Shown: positions 1 to 13,890 of the stretch, piece by piece
How positions within the stretch are numbered: position 1 is the first letter of the stretch
Layout: each line of letters begins with the position of its first letter
DNA from: Azolla caroliniana
Taxonomy: Eukaryota > Plantae > Polypodiophyta
DNA length: 64,000 bases
Assembly: GCA_043228905.1 (NCBI GenBank)
Contig: JBHGNT010000005.1
Coordinates: forward strand, 15,066,001-15,130,000
Direction of reading: 5' to 3'
Notes under the pieces: model-generated
The model's input: only the letters and a program-made list of their open reading frames with translations
Database searches by the model: none
Told to the model about the DNA's origin: nothing
Made by a program: the position numbers and the translations under genes

Positions 1-3000
1 GATGTGTGTCAAGTGGACACGAAGTCACATGCGGATCGCAGTACTTTGTGACGTTCATAGACGACCACAGCTGAAAGTTGTGGGCCACACCGCTAAAGGT
101 GAAGGATCAAGTGGTATCCGTCTTTAAGGAGCTCCACGCGAGAGTGGAAAGAGAAACCGGCCGGAAGTTGAAGGTGGTTCGAGCAGATAACGGAGGAGAA
201 TACCATGGGCAGTTTGAGGAGTATTGCCGCTCGAAGGGAATCCGGCTCGAATTTACCCTGCCGAAGAAGTCGGAACTAAACGGGCTGGCCGAAAGGATGA
301 ACCGAACCATAACTGAGAGGGTCCGGAGTATGCTAGCACATGCTAAGCTACCCAAGACGTTTTGGGCTGAGGCATTGTCAACAACGACGTATGTGATAAA
401 TAGATCATCCTCAATGCCCTTGGACGGAGACACGCCAGAGAGAGTATGGACCGGTAAGGAAGTGTCTTACCGGCACTTGAAGGTGTTCGGGTGTCTCGCT
501 TACGTGCATGTGGCAAAGGACTGGAGAGCAAAGTTGGATCCAAAGTCCCGACCTTGCATATTCCTCGGATACGGCGATGATGAGTTCGGCTACCAAGTGT
601 GGGACCCCGTAGACAAGAAGGTGTTCTGTAGTCGAGATATTATCTTCATGGAGGACAAGACTCTTGCCGATTGGGAGTCAGAGAAGAAGATAATGAACTC
701 TGAGTCGACCGGAAAGAACCAATACGATGAGATGCAATCCCAACTGGCAAAGAGCCGGTTAATACTCGAAGAACCGGTCAGTTATGGAGAGGACACCGAA
801 CCGGCAGAAGAAGAAGAGGAAGCAGGAACCGGAACCAGCCAAGATCTCGAATCGGATTCGGATGAAGAACAAATAAAGGAACAGGTTGCCGAAAACCAAG
901 GACGCAAATATCCTCTCAAAGAGAGAAGGGCCCCTAGAGATTTCTGGATCCAGAGCATATACTGCTAACCGATGAGGGGGAGCCGGAAAGATTCAAAGAA
1001 GCTAAGAGAGACACCCACAGCCGCAAGTGGTTGAGTGCCATGCAAGAGGAGATGGATTCCTGGCATGAGAACCACACATATGAATTGGTGGAGTTGCCGA
1101 AAGGAAAGAGGGCACTCCGAAACAAGTGGGTGTACAAGCTGAAACCGGGAGATGCCGGCAACCCCTCGAGATACAAAGCTAGGATCATGGTGAAGGGGTT
1201 CCAGCAGAAGAAGGGCATGGACTTTGACGAGATATTTTCCCTGGTAGTAAAGATGACTTCCATCCGGACGGTATTGAGCATATTGGCAAGCATGGATCTT
1301 GAGGTAGAGCAGTTAGACGTGAAGACGGCATTCCTCCACGGTGACCTCGAAGAGGAGATCTACATGCGTCAACCGGAAGGATTTGAGAAGAAAGGGAAGG
1401 AGCACCTGTTGTGCCGGCTGAAGAAGAGCTTATACAGACTGAAGCAAGCTCCCCGACAATGGTACCGGAAGTTCGACTCCTTCATGACCGATTAAGGGTA
1501 CCATAAGACGCAAACCGATCACTGCGTGTTTGTGAAGAAATTCGACGGAGGAGACTTCCTGATACTCCTCATGTATGTGGACGACATGTTGATCGTCGGA
1601 CGAGACCAAGTCAAGATACGGCTGTTGAAGAAGGCTCTGAACCGGACCTTCTCAATAAAAGACTTGGGTCCGGCAAGACAGATATTGGGGATGCACATCA
1701 TCCGGGACCGATCGAAGAAGATGTTGTGTTTGTCACAAGAGAAGTACGTGACAAAGGTGCTTCAATGGTTCAACATGTCAGATGCAAAACCGATCGGATC
1801 GACACTCCCAGAAAACTACAGGTTATCCGGTAAGCAAACCCCGAAGACGAAGGCAAAGAAGGAGGATATTTATGAAGATATCATATGCCTCTGCCGTCGG
1901 GAGCTTAATGTACGCAATCGTGTGTACCCGACTGGATATCGGATACGCAGTCGGAGTGGTGAGCCGGTTTATAAGCAATCTCGGCAAGGCGCATTGCTAG
2001 AATGCGGTAAAATGGATACTCTAGTACTTGAAAGGCACCTCAAGTATGTGTCTCCGATTCGGCTCCGTTAAACCCCAACTTGACGGTTTCACCGATTCAG
2101 ATATGTCGGCTGATGCAGATACCAGCCGATCGACATCGGGATATGTTATGACATATGCAAGGGGAGCTATTTCGTGGTAGTCGAGGCTGCAGAAGATGGT
2201 TGCGTTGTCAACCACGGAGGCGGAGTAAATGGCGGTTGTGGAAGTCGGCAAGGAAATACTATGGATGAAGGACTTCATCGAAGAGTTAGGGATCCGACAA
2301 GAGGAATATCGGCTCTATTGCGACAGTCAAAGTGCCATCCACCTTGCGAAGACCGCGGCGTATCACTCTAGGACGAAGCACATCTAGCGGAGGTACCACT
2401 GGATCCGGGAGCGAGTGGAAGATCGAGAGTTCATGCTAATGAAGATCCACACGGAGGAGAATAGGTCAGATATGTTGACCAAGGTGTTGACGCCTAACAA
2501 GTTGGACGCATGCCGAAAGCGAATTGGACTAACTAAACATCCCATGCCGGAGTGAAGGGGGAGTTTGTTAGGATTTTGGTCCCTCCAAATGGGATGATGA
2601 ATGCCCGGTGAGAACCGGATGATGAAGGCCTGGTGAGAACCAGATGATGAGTACCCGGCAAGGAAGACCCGGTGAGAACCAGATGATGCAGGCCTGGTGA
2701 GAACCTCTCACCAGATGAAGGGAAATATATGTAAATATGTTTCTGAGAGCCCATTGGGGCTATACTTGTAAATAGTCCTAAAGTCATATTAGTATAAATA
2801 TGACCTAGGGCAAACACTTTATGATGATGGTGTATTGAGGCCAGTATTGTGATATAGAGTTATTGGTGTAACTGTTATACAGAGAGAGAGAGAGAGTGTG
2901 TGTGTGTGTGTGTGTGTGTCTTTGTTGTAATTGCCATCAGGAAAAGATTGAGAGCAAGAGGTCATTGCCTCTGTGTTCCTTTGTTGTATTCTCCTTACAT

Positions 3001-3204
3001 AGTGATAGTTGGAGTTTGTGGACTCCCGTGGTTTTTCCCATTTAGGGTTTTCCACGTAAACATATTGTGTACTCTCTCTCGTATTGTTTGTGTGTACGTG
3101 CATTTACCTTCATTGCCCATTTCATCTGTGGTTGTGACTCTCACGAAGTGATTGAAGTCTCGGTTGTGGCCGAGATATATTTCGCACACGCATAGTTCTC
3201 TACA
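1..3204 (+). mobile_element. Ty1/Copia LTR retrotransposon, 3' part (INT-RT-RNase H, PPT, 3' LTR), Tnt1/Tork-like, degenerate
   Basis: Integrase (RADNGGEY, NGLAERMNRT, FGCLAYVHV), RT (YKARIMVKGFQQ, QLDVKTAFLHG, MYVDDML) and RNase H occur in Copia order, with stops and frameshifts. PPT GAGTGAAGGGGGAG at ~2550-2563 is followed by TGTTAG at 2566. Confidence 0.93.
2566..3204 (+). repeat. 3' LTR of the Copia element, with U3 tandem repeats and (GA)n(GT)n
   Basis: Starts TG after the PPT and ends ...CTCTACA. Contains GAGAACCRGATGATG repeats at ~2604-2715. The R/U5 part is homologous to the solo LTR at 58612-59277. Confidence 0.8.
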
Positions 3205-3420
3205 AGCTATTACCCACTTTTAAAGCTAAATACCTATTATCGACACACTTGTTATTATCACTATTAGTTATTTAAGGTATTAAAGCTATTACCCAATTTT
3301 AAACCTAGATACCTATTATCAACACACTTGTTATTATCAATATTAGCTATTTTAGCTATTAAAGCTATTACCCACTAATGTAGGTGCCTCTTATGCATGG
3401 GTGACACTTGGCACTCATGA
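3205..3420 (+). repeat. Fragment of the Gypsy LTR seen at 9122-9787, interrupted by the Copia insertion
   Basis: The AGCTATTACCCAC repeats and TAATGTAGGTGCCTCTTAT...CTTGGCACTCATG match ~9370-9573. Confidence 0.8.
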
Positions 3421-4099
3421 ATGCCAACCCAACATGTATTGATATGGTCGAGAAAGTGCACTTGCAAGTAATATTCTAGTCTTGCGAGTAACAAGCAAAT
3501 GTTATGATAAAAACGATAAAATAAGGCACTACCCATAAGAATCAAGCAGTGATGAAAACCAGGGTCAAAAAACCCGTGCTACCTAGTGAAAAAACTGTCA
3601 CAAATAAATGGATGGTGCAAGGTATGCACATATACATCCCAATATGATGGTTGTAATTTGCACAATTGTGACATAAGCCACAAATTGATACAAATGGTGG
3701 TGGTGTTGTGTGCAAAGATGTAGTACTCAATTTTATGAGTAAAACATCAATAGGGGAACTCATGTGTTTTTAATCGAGTTCTAAGGCTCGATTACATGAG
3801 TCAAACCTAGAGAACACTTTGGAAAAAATGTTCAACAAGTGGCGTGATGCCCACTCAATATTAAAATTTAGTCTACATGAATCATTACACCATTAAACGT
3901 ACGCAAATAGTGTAGATGAACTTGAAATAAGGGCAAGAAAGAGAGTTAATTGTGGGTGGGTATTTAATGACAATTATGATAAAATCATCAGAAAGTGAAA
4001 AGACAATTTGTGTAATTAGAAAATAATTAGAATAATAATCAATTAGGTGTATGAACATCAAGCATGCCTTAAGGTATGAAACCCTAAGGTAGTCGATAT

Positions 4100-4530
4100 G
4101 CACCTCCTCAAGACCACCACATCTCCCTAGAATCGGCCAAGGGATGGCTCAATAAAGAGTAAAGTGGCATAGGTAAGCGACATATACCTCGTCAAGGCCA
4201 CAACATCCCATAGAATCGGCCAAATGATGGGTCAATAGAGAGTAGAGTGGCATAGGTAGGTGACATACACCTCGTCAAGACCACAACATCCCATAGAATC
4301 GGCCAAGATTATGCAATAAAGGGAAGAGTGGCATACTCTACATCATATGCAAAAGGGCCATGAGGTGAGCGTGTGCAATTAGGGCAAACACGCTCCACCC
4401 GATGCACAACAATAGTTATTATCATAAGAGATGGCTCAAGAGAGGGGAGCGTGAGAGATACATCGCAATATACAAAAGGGCCATGAGTTGAGTGTGTGCG
4501 ATTAGTGCAAACATGCTTGACCCGATGCAT
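4100..4530. repeat. Tandem repeats: ~83-bp unit x3, plus a duplicated ~65-bp block
   Basis: CACCTCGTCAAGACCACAACATCCCATAGAATCGGCCAA-like units recur at ~4101, ~4186 and ~4268. CAAAAGGGCCATGAG...CCCGATGCA occurs at ~4350 and ~4473. Confidence 0.8.
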
Positions 4531-4767
4531 AAGTAGATTAACATCGTATCATGGTAGAAAGAAGAAAGAAAAGAAAAGAAAACGTAATACCACTTCCCTA
4601 TGACCAAGAAGAAAGCATCATAGAAAAGAAAAGAGAGATCGAGAAAGAAGAATACTGGGTTAAGAATGTTGTTTTAATCCTGTGAAGAGCATGACGAGCC
4701 TCATTACATCCCCATCGCTCACACGCAAAAAACATCAAAACAACAACAAAAGAAAAGGTTAGTAAAT

Positions 4768-5184
4768 GCTCTGATACCACTGTTAAGAGTCTATTACTAA
4801 TCAATAGAACAAAGTAAAGTAAAAGAAGGAAAATAGATTGGATAGAAGAACCCGTTCCACCCGACCACCCCCGAGCTATGATCTCGACATAGCCAACCTA
4901 CCACCGACGTCCCATACCACCGGATATTAGGATGACTAATACCTTGGAAGAGATAAACACGATCTTCGAGACGAGAGCCTAGCCCGCACCACCGATATCT
5001 AAGACAACAGCCTTTTGACGTAATGTGCTTATGAGGTTAGCTAATCCTCATATTTATACCTTTTCTTAGGCCCCTTGAATAGATGCGCCTTTCTAAAAGG
5101 GTCTCCATTCATTGGTTGCCCAAATCATGATAGTGGATGCACCTATCATTCCTTCTATCCAATCACATTAGCCCCCTTTTAACA
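4768..5184 (-). mobile_element. 5' LTR (4781-5184) and tRNAi-Met PBS of a minus-strand LTR element; the visible internal region is non-coding
   Basis: TGTTAA...TTAACA termini. The reverse complement of TGGTATCAGAGC lies at 4768-4779, adjacent to the LTR. Confidence 0.75.
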
Positions 5185-5282
5185 TTAGTGAACATACCCT
5201 TCACTAATGTAAATATTAGTGACCTACCCTCACCAACGTTATGTGTACATAACACCGACATGAACCAAGGAAGTTAAGAGAG

Positions 5283-8200
5283 ATGGAGAACCAACATGTA
5301 GTCCTGGAGTGACAGATCAACCAAGAAGCTATTGTGGAGACACAAATCAATGTGGTGTTGCAAATGATTGAAAGAATGATGCAAAGCCAAGAACATGCAA
5401 CTGCTCTTCATTGAATCAATCAGGTTATTGGCAAGTTTGTAAAGAAAATAGGTCTCTTTGAAGTTAAAAATATATCTAAGTTCTTACAAGTATATGTTAC
5501 TGACATGGGTCGTAAAGGGTTAAACCAACATGATGTTCAAATGAATTTTGTGAGGATGGTTGAACTCCCTTTGAGAAATAGAGTCTCTGAACTCGTAACA
5601 AGTTCTAATCATTGGATTGCATTTGAGCAAAGCTTTATTAAATGAATACATGCTTGGTGATACAATCCGAGCATCAAGGAGGAGTTTCCTGTATTTAGTG
5701 GACAAACAGGACAAGAAGATTTCGGTGATGGAGTTGTTGAAAGAATTTGAAGCTCGTTATAACCAATTAACAACGACCGAAATGACTCTTTTGGAACCGG
5801 AGAAGGTCATATTATTCTTGAAGCATCAGACCGATCCTATCGAGAAAAATTAGTTGCATTCCTTGAAAACTAGATTACGCCCACTGGTCTAGTGTCCGAT
5901 TAGAATCAAGCACATGAAGCCGGCAACAAAATCAAGAAAAGAGCCCAATGGTGTGAAGATCTTTCGATTGCTGGGGTTATGAAAGAGATCAGTTCTCAAG
6001 ATTAGGGAGGATACTAGGAGTTCGTCAACTAACTCCAAGCTACGAAATAGTGATGGACAATCTTATCAAAGGTATAAGAGATCTTTCATTACATGTTGCA
6101 AAGCTACAAGAAGAAAATCCTCGCAGCCCCAAAAAGATTATGAAAGAAGATGCATATGGTGCAATAGTGTCAACCATTCAAGAGGAGGGTGTTATACCTA
6201 TCAAGAAGTTAAGATGGTAGGATTCATTCTTCTGAAACTCGATTACCTCTCCGAACTAACTTTAGAAGAGGTGGTATGAGAAGGATCATGTAAGATGCGG
6301 AAACAACTAGGACGCAAGTTATCTATCAACCAACGACTACAGTCACCCATGTTGGTGAAGGAGGATTTGAATCTAAATTTTGGCCGTGTATTTTGAAAGC
6401 TGCAAGAAAAGGTAAAATCGAGTTTGAAAAGCTAAAGTGTGGAGGTGATGTTGTCCAAAGCAATACTAGTTGGGAAGACCCAGTGGATGGCCTCTCAGCT
6501 TTCACGAAGGTTGCAACAAACTAGGCCCATGAAGTGATCATGGAAGAGAAACGGAAATGGGGGGGAAATGAAGATAACAAGAAGAGGGAGCTAAGAAGCG
6601 CCAAAAAGAGGGAGACGGAAAATCTGAAAATGGTAAGCCCTTACGTTGAAAAAGGTACGGATAAGAAAAGTCCCTCATTCAAATTATTATCATATATTGA
6701 AGTTTCAACTGATTTGAAAAAAAGTACTGGAAGAAAGAATTTTAGATAGCAAATTGGAGCTTTCCTTGAGGGAACTTTTGGGCGTAGCTAAAAAAGAATT
6801 TCATGATGCAATAATAGATGGAATTAAAAGAAAATGACAAAGTATGGAAGTCGCTGAAAACCCAAGAAGTGAAGTGAAGAAAGCAACGGTGGAAGTCATC
6901 AAAGATGAACCAAGCTCTTCCATTGTTGGTACACAAGCTATTGCGACGACAACTTTTGAAGAGAAGCCAAAAGAGCTAAAAAGCTACTATGCTAAGAAAC
7001 ATTGGGCAAGAGCAACAACTGAGACACTCGTGAAGATTGGGAACCTTGAAGATCCGGTCGTGGCCTTAATTGACCATGGCTCAAAAATGAATCTAATTTC
7101 TTATGATATTTATAGGAAAGGTGAATGGCCAATGGAAACGAATCATGGGTGGAGGGTAAAATCAACTAATTCAATGACCGAGGAACTTCATGGAGCTTGC
7201 CGAAACATCAAAGTCACCATTGGAGATGTGCCAGTGGAGCAACATTTCTTTATCCAAAAGACCCAGTGATACTAGTCCAATAGGGATCGGTTGGGTTGTT
7301 AGCCAATAAGAGAAGGATGGGTCAAGATATGCAATTTGATTTTGTGCGAAAATCTTAACAGAACACCAAAGAGCTTACCCACAAATTAAGAGAGAGTTAT
7401 GGGGTATGTTAATAGCTATTAAAATAGATCGTGAACACTTAATTGGTGTTGAAGTTGTGGTTGAAACAGATTGTCGTCCGTTGCTAGGAATGATTTCAAG
7501 TTGTGAAACATCTGATATAGCTATGCTTAGATGGATAGCTTATAGTAAAATCGCTAAGTCTTGAAATCAAGCACATTGCAGGAGCAGATAACCTAGTTGC
7601 CGATATGCTCTCAAGAGCGAGGTTTAAAGGCAAAAATACAATGGTAATGACTGATAAAGAAGATGAGAGTTTTGATTTCTTTTCCATAAATTGTAACCTA
7701 AAGGGGTCATGTGATTTGGGTGTTCATGTTATTCTTCGTGAATCTGAGTACGAGGGGGAGATGTTGCAAATTGGAAAATACTTGAGTACTCATGCGAAAG
7801 ATGGAAGATGGTCAAGGAAGCTATTTCATAAAATAAGAAAGAAAGCTTATAAGTTTTTTCTTCATGAGGGATATTTTTGGAGACATCCAAAAGTTGTGAA
7901 AGGGATTCCACAAAGAGTGGTCGAAGAAGGGAAGAGCAATAGAAACTAATGTTTGAATTTCATTTTACTTTATGGGTAGGTCATCATGGAGTTTGGGCCA
8001 CCTTCTCAAAATTAAAAGAGAAGTTTTGGCGGGTTGGAATGTACAACGACATTGTAGATTATGTACAATCGTGTGAGAACTGCCAAATGTATTCGAATAT
8101 TCGGCATCGTGATGGGTTGCAACTTGCTTATTCTTTATCTCTACATTATAAATGGGTTGTGGATATTGTAATGATACCTGTAGGGGTTTGGCAAATGAGA

Positions 8201-9787
8201 TATCTTGTATTGGCAAGAGAAGATTTAACAAATCAAGTGAAAGGCCGAGCCCTACGCCAAAAAACCACTTCAGTTGTTTGTAAGTTCCTTCTTGAAAATG
8301 TGATATATATAGGTACGGGTGTATTGGGAAGATTGTTGCTGATAGAGGAGAACTAGATTCTAAGGAAGCTGAACATTTTTTCTAAAAAACTGGGAATTCG
8401 ACTATCCTTAACAACGGCATATAACCCTAACGCTAATGGGAAGGCTGAGCATGGACATGACCCTATAGTGAAAGCTTTAGTGAAAGCTTTTGATGCCAAG
8501 ATAGCTAACTGGCCTCATCTATTATCATATGCGCTATGGGCTGACCACACTACTCAAAGTTCCGTGAGTGGCTTTATGCCATTGGAATTGATACTTGGTC
8601 AAAAGCCAATTATGCCAGTAGAGCAATCAGTATTTTCCTGGGTTGCCTTTCCATGGGCAGATTAAATGAGTCGAGAAGATTTGCTTGGTCTTAGAATAAG
8701 GTAGTTAGAAAGAAGGGATAAAGATGTTCAAATAGCTACAAGAAGGATGAAACAATGTCCACTGCAGAACATAGAAGGATTTGATAAACCCCATCACCTT
8801 CGACCAAGAAAGCTCCAAGAAGGTGATTGGGTCATAGTATATGATAGCAGCTTGGATAACCAACATAGTACTTCCTGCAAATTCGCCAAAAGATGGTTCA
8901 GACCATATATCATTAGACAAGTGAGTAAAAATGCAACTTCTTTCCTAACTGAAATGAATGGAGTTGCATTAAGGTTGCCAATTGCGGCGAAGCGAATCAA
9001 GCTATTCAAGAAAAAGGAAGATCAAAGCGCGAACTTCCTCAACAAAGATGACATCCATGAAACTAAAGAAGGAGATGTTCATTGGTGCATGCCGGAGGAT
9101 GCGCAGGTCTAGAGGGGGAGGATGTCGTGATGTTTTCGTGCCACGATGAGAAAATAACCTCTACCAAATTATATGAACTCGTTCAAATATTCGTAAATGG
9201 TTGTTTAACTAAGTGATAGCTAATAACTTGATAAGAACCATTGGCCATAGGATGATAATAGCTGGTTGAATCTACGATAAAACATAATATTGAGTAAAAT
9301 ATTTTAAAGCCAAATACCTATTATCAACATATTTTGCTATTATGACTATTAGGTATTTTAGCTATTAATGCTATTACCCACTTTGAAAGCTAAATAACTA
9401 TTATTAACACACTTGTTATTATCAGTATCAGTTATTTTAGCTATTAAAGCTATTACCCACTTTTTAAGCTAAATACTTATTCAAAACACATTTTTATCAA
9501 GTATTTTAGCTATTAAAGCTATTACCCACTAATGTAGGTGCCTCTTATACATGGGTGAGACTTGGCACTCATGCACCCACTTTTCTCATCCATGGGTGAT
9601 ACTTGGCACTCCTCCACCCATCTTCCTCATGTATAAAAAGGGGGTGAGTAATCTTATCAAGGGGGGGATAATAGTAGACGAAAAATACTATTGTAATAAG
9701 AGAGACAAGATAATTATTGTAAGAAATATTAACAATAAATACTTTGTAATCATCTTGATATATCAATACAAGCTATTTTCGTTGACA
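5283..9787 (+). mobile_element. Non-chromovirus Ty3/Gypsy element (possibly Phygy/Selgy-like): gag-PR-[RT missing]-RNase H-INT, PPT and 3' LTR
   Basis: gag MENQ at 5283; protease ALIDHGS (HWARATTETLVKIG); RNase H begins directly at ~7270; integrase YLVLAREDLTNQVKGRAL; PPT AGAGGGGGAGGA then LTR TGTCGTG at 9122. Homologous to the element at 58015-64000. Confidence 0.88.
9122..9787 (+). repeat. 3' LTR of the Gypsy element, with an AT-rich tandem array
   Basis: TGTCG start after the PPT, TATAAAAAG at ~9632, probable end TTGACA at 9787. The right end is uncertain. Confidence 0.7.
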
Positions 9788-9789
9788 AG

Positions 9790-12700
9790 AAACCCGGTGC
9801 TTACTTCCCAGATTCGCGATTTTCTTGTCCGTTTGCTCTCGTACGACGAGATCAACATCACACTGCGCCCTCAAAGCTAGAAACAAAATGAGTCAGGGAG
9901 CTGATCAGAAGTGTGGTTGGCATGAGGAGGTCAACTACGTCGGGTCATCAACCGAAGTATTGACGAACGACCTGAACATTCTATTCATCGAACACTCAGT
10001 TGAATCAGAATTTTTGTTTACGACTGAAGAGTCCAACACTTGGCTCTTGGATTCGAACGCTTCAAACCATGTTACCCAACACAAATCCCAATTTCGACAA
10101 TATTTGGCCTGACATTCCGACTTGGTCTGAGTCAGAAATTCATGTATCTACACAATGGCTCTACACTTGTACTACACAATGTCCAACATGTATCTGAGCT
10201 CTCACGACCATTGATCTCAGTCAGAAAACTTGACAAAGATGACATCCATGACGACTTCTCATAGAGAGGCTGGACACTCCACATATGGAACCTCCTACTT
10301 GCTCGAGGTCTGAAAGTACATTCATTGTATCCTCTATATGTCACACTCATTGAGGGTGACCTGTTTCTAGTCGACATTCCAGTGTCATCGTTATGGCACA
10401 GACACCTCAGCAAGGCCGACATAACACACATATCTAGAGCTGAATATATCCCCAAACTCTCGTTCTCGGATCATCAGTTATGCGAGCATTGCTAGTGTAG
10501 CAAACAAGTGCAATCTCACACCCTACGAATGCATTGAGAGAATCGAGTCCACTCGATTTGGTCCATTCGGACATCTGTGGTCCTATGCCACGTCAGTCTC
10601 TTGGTGGTGCACTCTATTTTGTCAGCTTCATTGACGACTCAACCAGAAAGGTGTGGGCTTATCTGGCAAGAACAAACGATCGGGTGTTCTCGATCTTCTA
10701 GGAATGGCTCGCTATGGTTGAAAATCAGTCCGACTGAAAGTTGAAATGCCTTCGAACTGACAATGGGGGAGAATTCAAGTCTAAAGAATTCTTCAGATTT
10801 TGCCGATAGCGCAACATTCGACGTGAATATACAGCACCATATAGTCCAGAGCATAACGACATTGTTGAACGGATGAATCGAACGATTCAAGAATGAATCG
10901 TTGCTATGCTTCAACACTCCATATTGTCATATGGCTTCTGGGTAGAGGCTCTACTTACAATAGTACACATAATCAATATGTCGCCGAGTAGGCCTCTCTC
11001 TAGGACTTCAATTACCTCAGGAGTATGGACCAGGAGCAAGCCGAATTATGACAAGTTGAGGATCTTTGGATGTGAGGCGTATGCCCTCATACCGAAAGAC
11101 GGTTGCCGCAAACTTGAACAGAGGTCCAGAAAATGTATTTTCCTTGGCTATGGACCAGAAGGCAAAATTGGATACCGACTTTGGGACCCTGAGAACATAC
11201 AAATCGTCCAATGTTTGGACGTTGTGTTCAACGAGTCGGCTATGCATAAGACGGTCGAAAGGCCCATTGAAATCCGAAGGGTAACTTTCTCAGAGGTGTC
11301 GGCCCTTCATGATGGCCCAACCCATAACACGAGATTGGCTTCCTGGGCAACCAAATCCTCTAGCACCGACTCGGCACCAACCTACTTGGCACAACCGAAT
11401 GATTCGGCTTTGGACCATCCGACTTAGACACCCAATGCAACTAGCCCAGTCTTACCTCGAAGATCTGAGAGACTGTCGCAACCCCAGAGAGGTACTCTCT
11501 TGGAATCTTCTTCATGGACATTGGAGAACCAATATCATCTGAAAAGGCATCGACATCAGCTGACTCAGCCACATGGGATCTGGCGATGGAGTCGGAAATG
11601 AACTCCATTCGGCAAAATAAGACTTGGGACTTGGTTGAACTCCTGAACAACCAACGTGCTCTTCCATGCAAATGGGTCTATCGACTCAAAGAGACATCGA
11701 ATTCTACATATCCCAAGTATAAGGCCAGATTAGTCACGAAGTGTTTCCAACAACAATATGGCATCGACTTCAACGAGATTTTTCACCAGTGGTGAAAATG
11801 TCCACCCTTCGATTTCTACTCGATGTAGTGGCAGCCAAAAATTTGACATTGATTCAGCTAGATGTAAAAAGGCATTCCTCCATGGTGACCTAGAGGAGGA
11901 AATTTATATCGAGCAGTCGAAAGGCTTTGTGGTATTTGACCATGAACATCTAGTTTGCCGACTCAGGAAGAGTCTTTACGGCCTGAAATAGGCACCGAGG
12001 CAATGGTACAAGAAGTTCGATGACTTCATCCAATCAATCGGATTCTCAAAGAACGATGAGGATCACTACCTCTTCACCAAAAAAGCTCAAGATGGGTCGC
12101 TTATCTTCCTCATCATCTACATGGACGACATGCTACTCTCCGGTCTGTAAGCCGGAGAGTTCACCGAACTTGTTCAGAACCTGCGATTGAAGTTTGCCAT
12201 GAAGGACCTCAGTTCAGCAAGACACATTCTAGGGATGAAGATAATTAAGATTCACACTCGACAACAGTTGTTCCTATCTCAAGCCGACTATATTTGACGT
12301 GTCTTAGAATGCTTCAACATGCACCCAGCCAAATTTTTTTCGACCCCGCTCCCCATTAATCTTCAAATCTCTCAACGAGATTGCCCAACATCCAGTCTGG
12401 AAGGGGAAGATATGAAGTCAGTACCATATGCATCCGCAGTCGGCTCCTTGATGTACGCAATGGTTGCGACACGACCTGACATTGCTCATGCCGTAGGAGT
12501 CATCGGCAGATTTATGCACAATTTCGGACGTTCGCATTGGAATGTAATTAAGCATTTGTTTCGATATCTTGTTGGCACAAAATACTATGACATCCTATTC
12601 GGCCCAAACTATTCTTCAGGCGTAGTCAGTTATACCGACTCAAACTTTGACACTGTATAGATGGTCGAAAGTCGACAACCAGATACTGCTTTAAATTCGG

Positions 12701-12935
12701 CAATGCAGCAACCTCATGGAAGTCGAAACTTTAGGACTATATTGCTACGTCAATGACTGAGGCTGAATATGTTGTTCCATCTGACACGGCGAAAGAGGCC
12801 TTATGGCTCAATCGGCTAGCTCGCACATTTCAACATGTCGATTCCGACTCAGCTCCAATTGTCTACAGTGATAGTCAAGGTGTTGTCGCATTATCGAAAA
12901 ATCCGATTTAGCACAACACCTCGAATCATATAGAC
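9790..12935 (+). mobile_element. Degenerate Ty1/Copia internal region (PR, INT, RT, RNase H), no LTRs
   Basis: WLLDSNASNH protease, FGCEAYALIP integrase, KYKARLVTK and YASAVGSLMYAMV RT motifs, with many stops. Confidence 0.9.
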
Positions 12936-12939
12936 ATAG

Positions 12940-13769
12940 CCTAGATGGATACAGATTTGTCTGAATCGGCGTGCTTCTTCCATCACTCGCTCTCCCGGTG
13001 GCCTTTCTTGCCACAATACCAGAAGTCTATCGCAAGCTTTGCTTGCCGGTTCCTGGTGCCAGCTTGACTCCCCCTACTTCTAGAGGGTTAGGAACTATTG
13101 TTGGCATTCCGATTATGCCTTCGGTTTTGCTCTTGTAGGATGCCTCCATTGCGTGTTGACCTGCCTCGTCCACCAAGACCACGGAGCCTATCATCCTTTG
13201 TGTACTGCATCTTGTTGTTGGTGTGTGTACTCGTTGACGCAACCGTGTGGTTCTCTTCAACGAGAAGCATTGATTGAATCTCGAAGAATGATGACATATT
13301 CTCTCTCGTCAGACCACGGTCTGGAATGATCCAAACTTCTACGCCAATCCTCTGAGAAAGACCTGCACCATTTCTTCCTCCTCGACGATCACGTTGACAG
13401 GGGCTAGAGAATCGCAGATGTCCTTGATTCGGGAGTTGTAGTTAGCCATCAACATGTCTCTTTGCCAGACGTTGCTCAACTCCTGTCTGAGTTGTAGCTT
13501 TCTGGTTGTGGTGCTTGCGGCGAAAATCTTCTTCAGATTCCCCAAGCCTCCTTTGACGTCTTGGCGTCACAGATGTAGCTCAATAGCTAATCACCGACAC
13601 TAGATGCAAAGCAGTAGAGAACTCTGCTTGCTGACTGTTCCCAAGTCGGAAAATCCCTATGTGTCAAATCCGGTGCTGCATCGTTTGCTCCTTCAACATA
13701 ACTCCAATACCCATGTCCTAACAGGTATCAGTGCATCTTGTATGACCAAGATGAGTAGTTGCTCCTATC
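12940..13769 (-). mobile_element. Copia gag fragment (family with gag start EKLDRSNYASW); its 5' end continues at 26560-27116
   Basis: NLKKIFAASTTTRKLQLRQELSNV gag. The sequence resumes at 26560 after the chromovirus insertion, with decayed TSD CTATC/TTGTC from CTGTC. Confidence 0.85.
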
Positions 13770-13890
13770 TGTCAAGGATAGTACTAGAGGCAAGGAGAAT
13801 TAGTACTAAAGATAGAGAAGAAAAATGAGGATTAGTGCTAAGAAGGGAAAGAGTGTGTGAGAATCACGAGAGGGGAGAGAGAGAGAGATA

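Noticed and set aside
3540-3890. Ulp1-like protease or DNA-transposon fragment
   Set aside because: There is only a vague motif (PQIDTNGGGVVC) among several stops, too little to call without a profile search.
4100-4340. CRISPR-like repeat array (also 59048-59205 and 40852-41166)
   Set aside because: These are head-to-tail tandem repeats without unique spacers, in a eukaryotic TE context with no cas genes.
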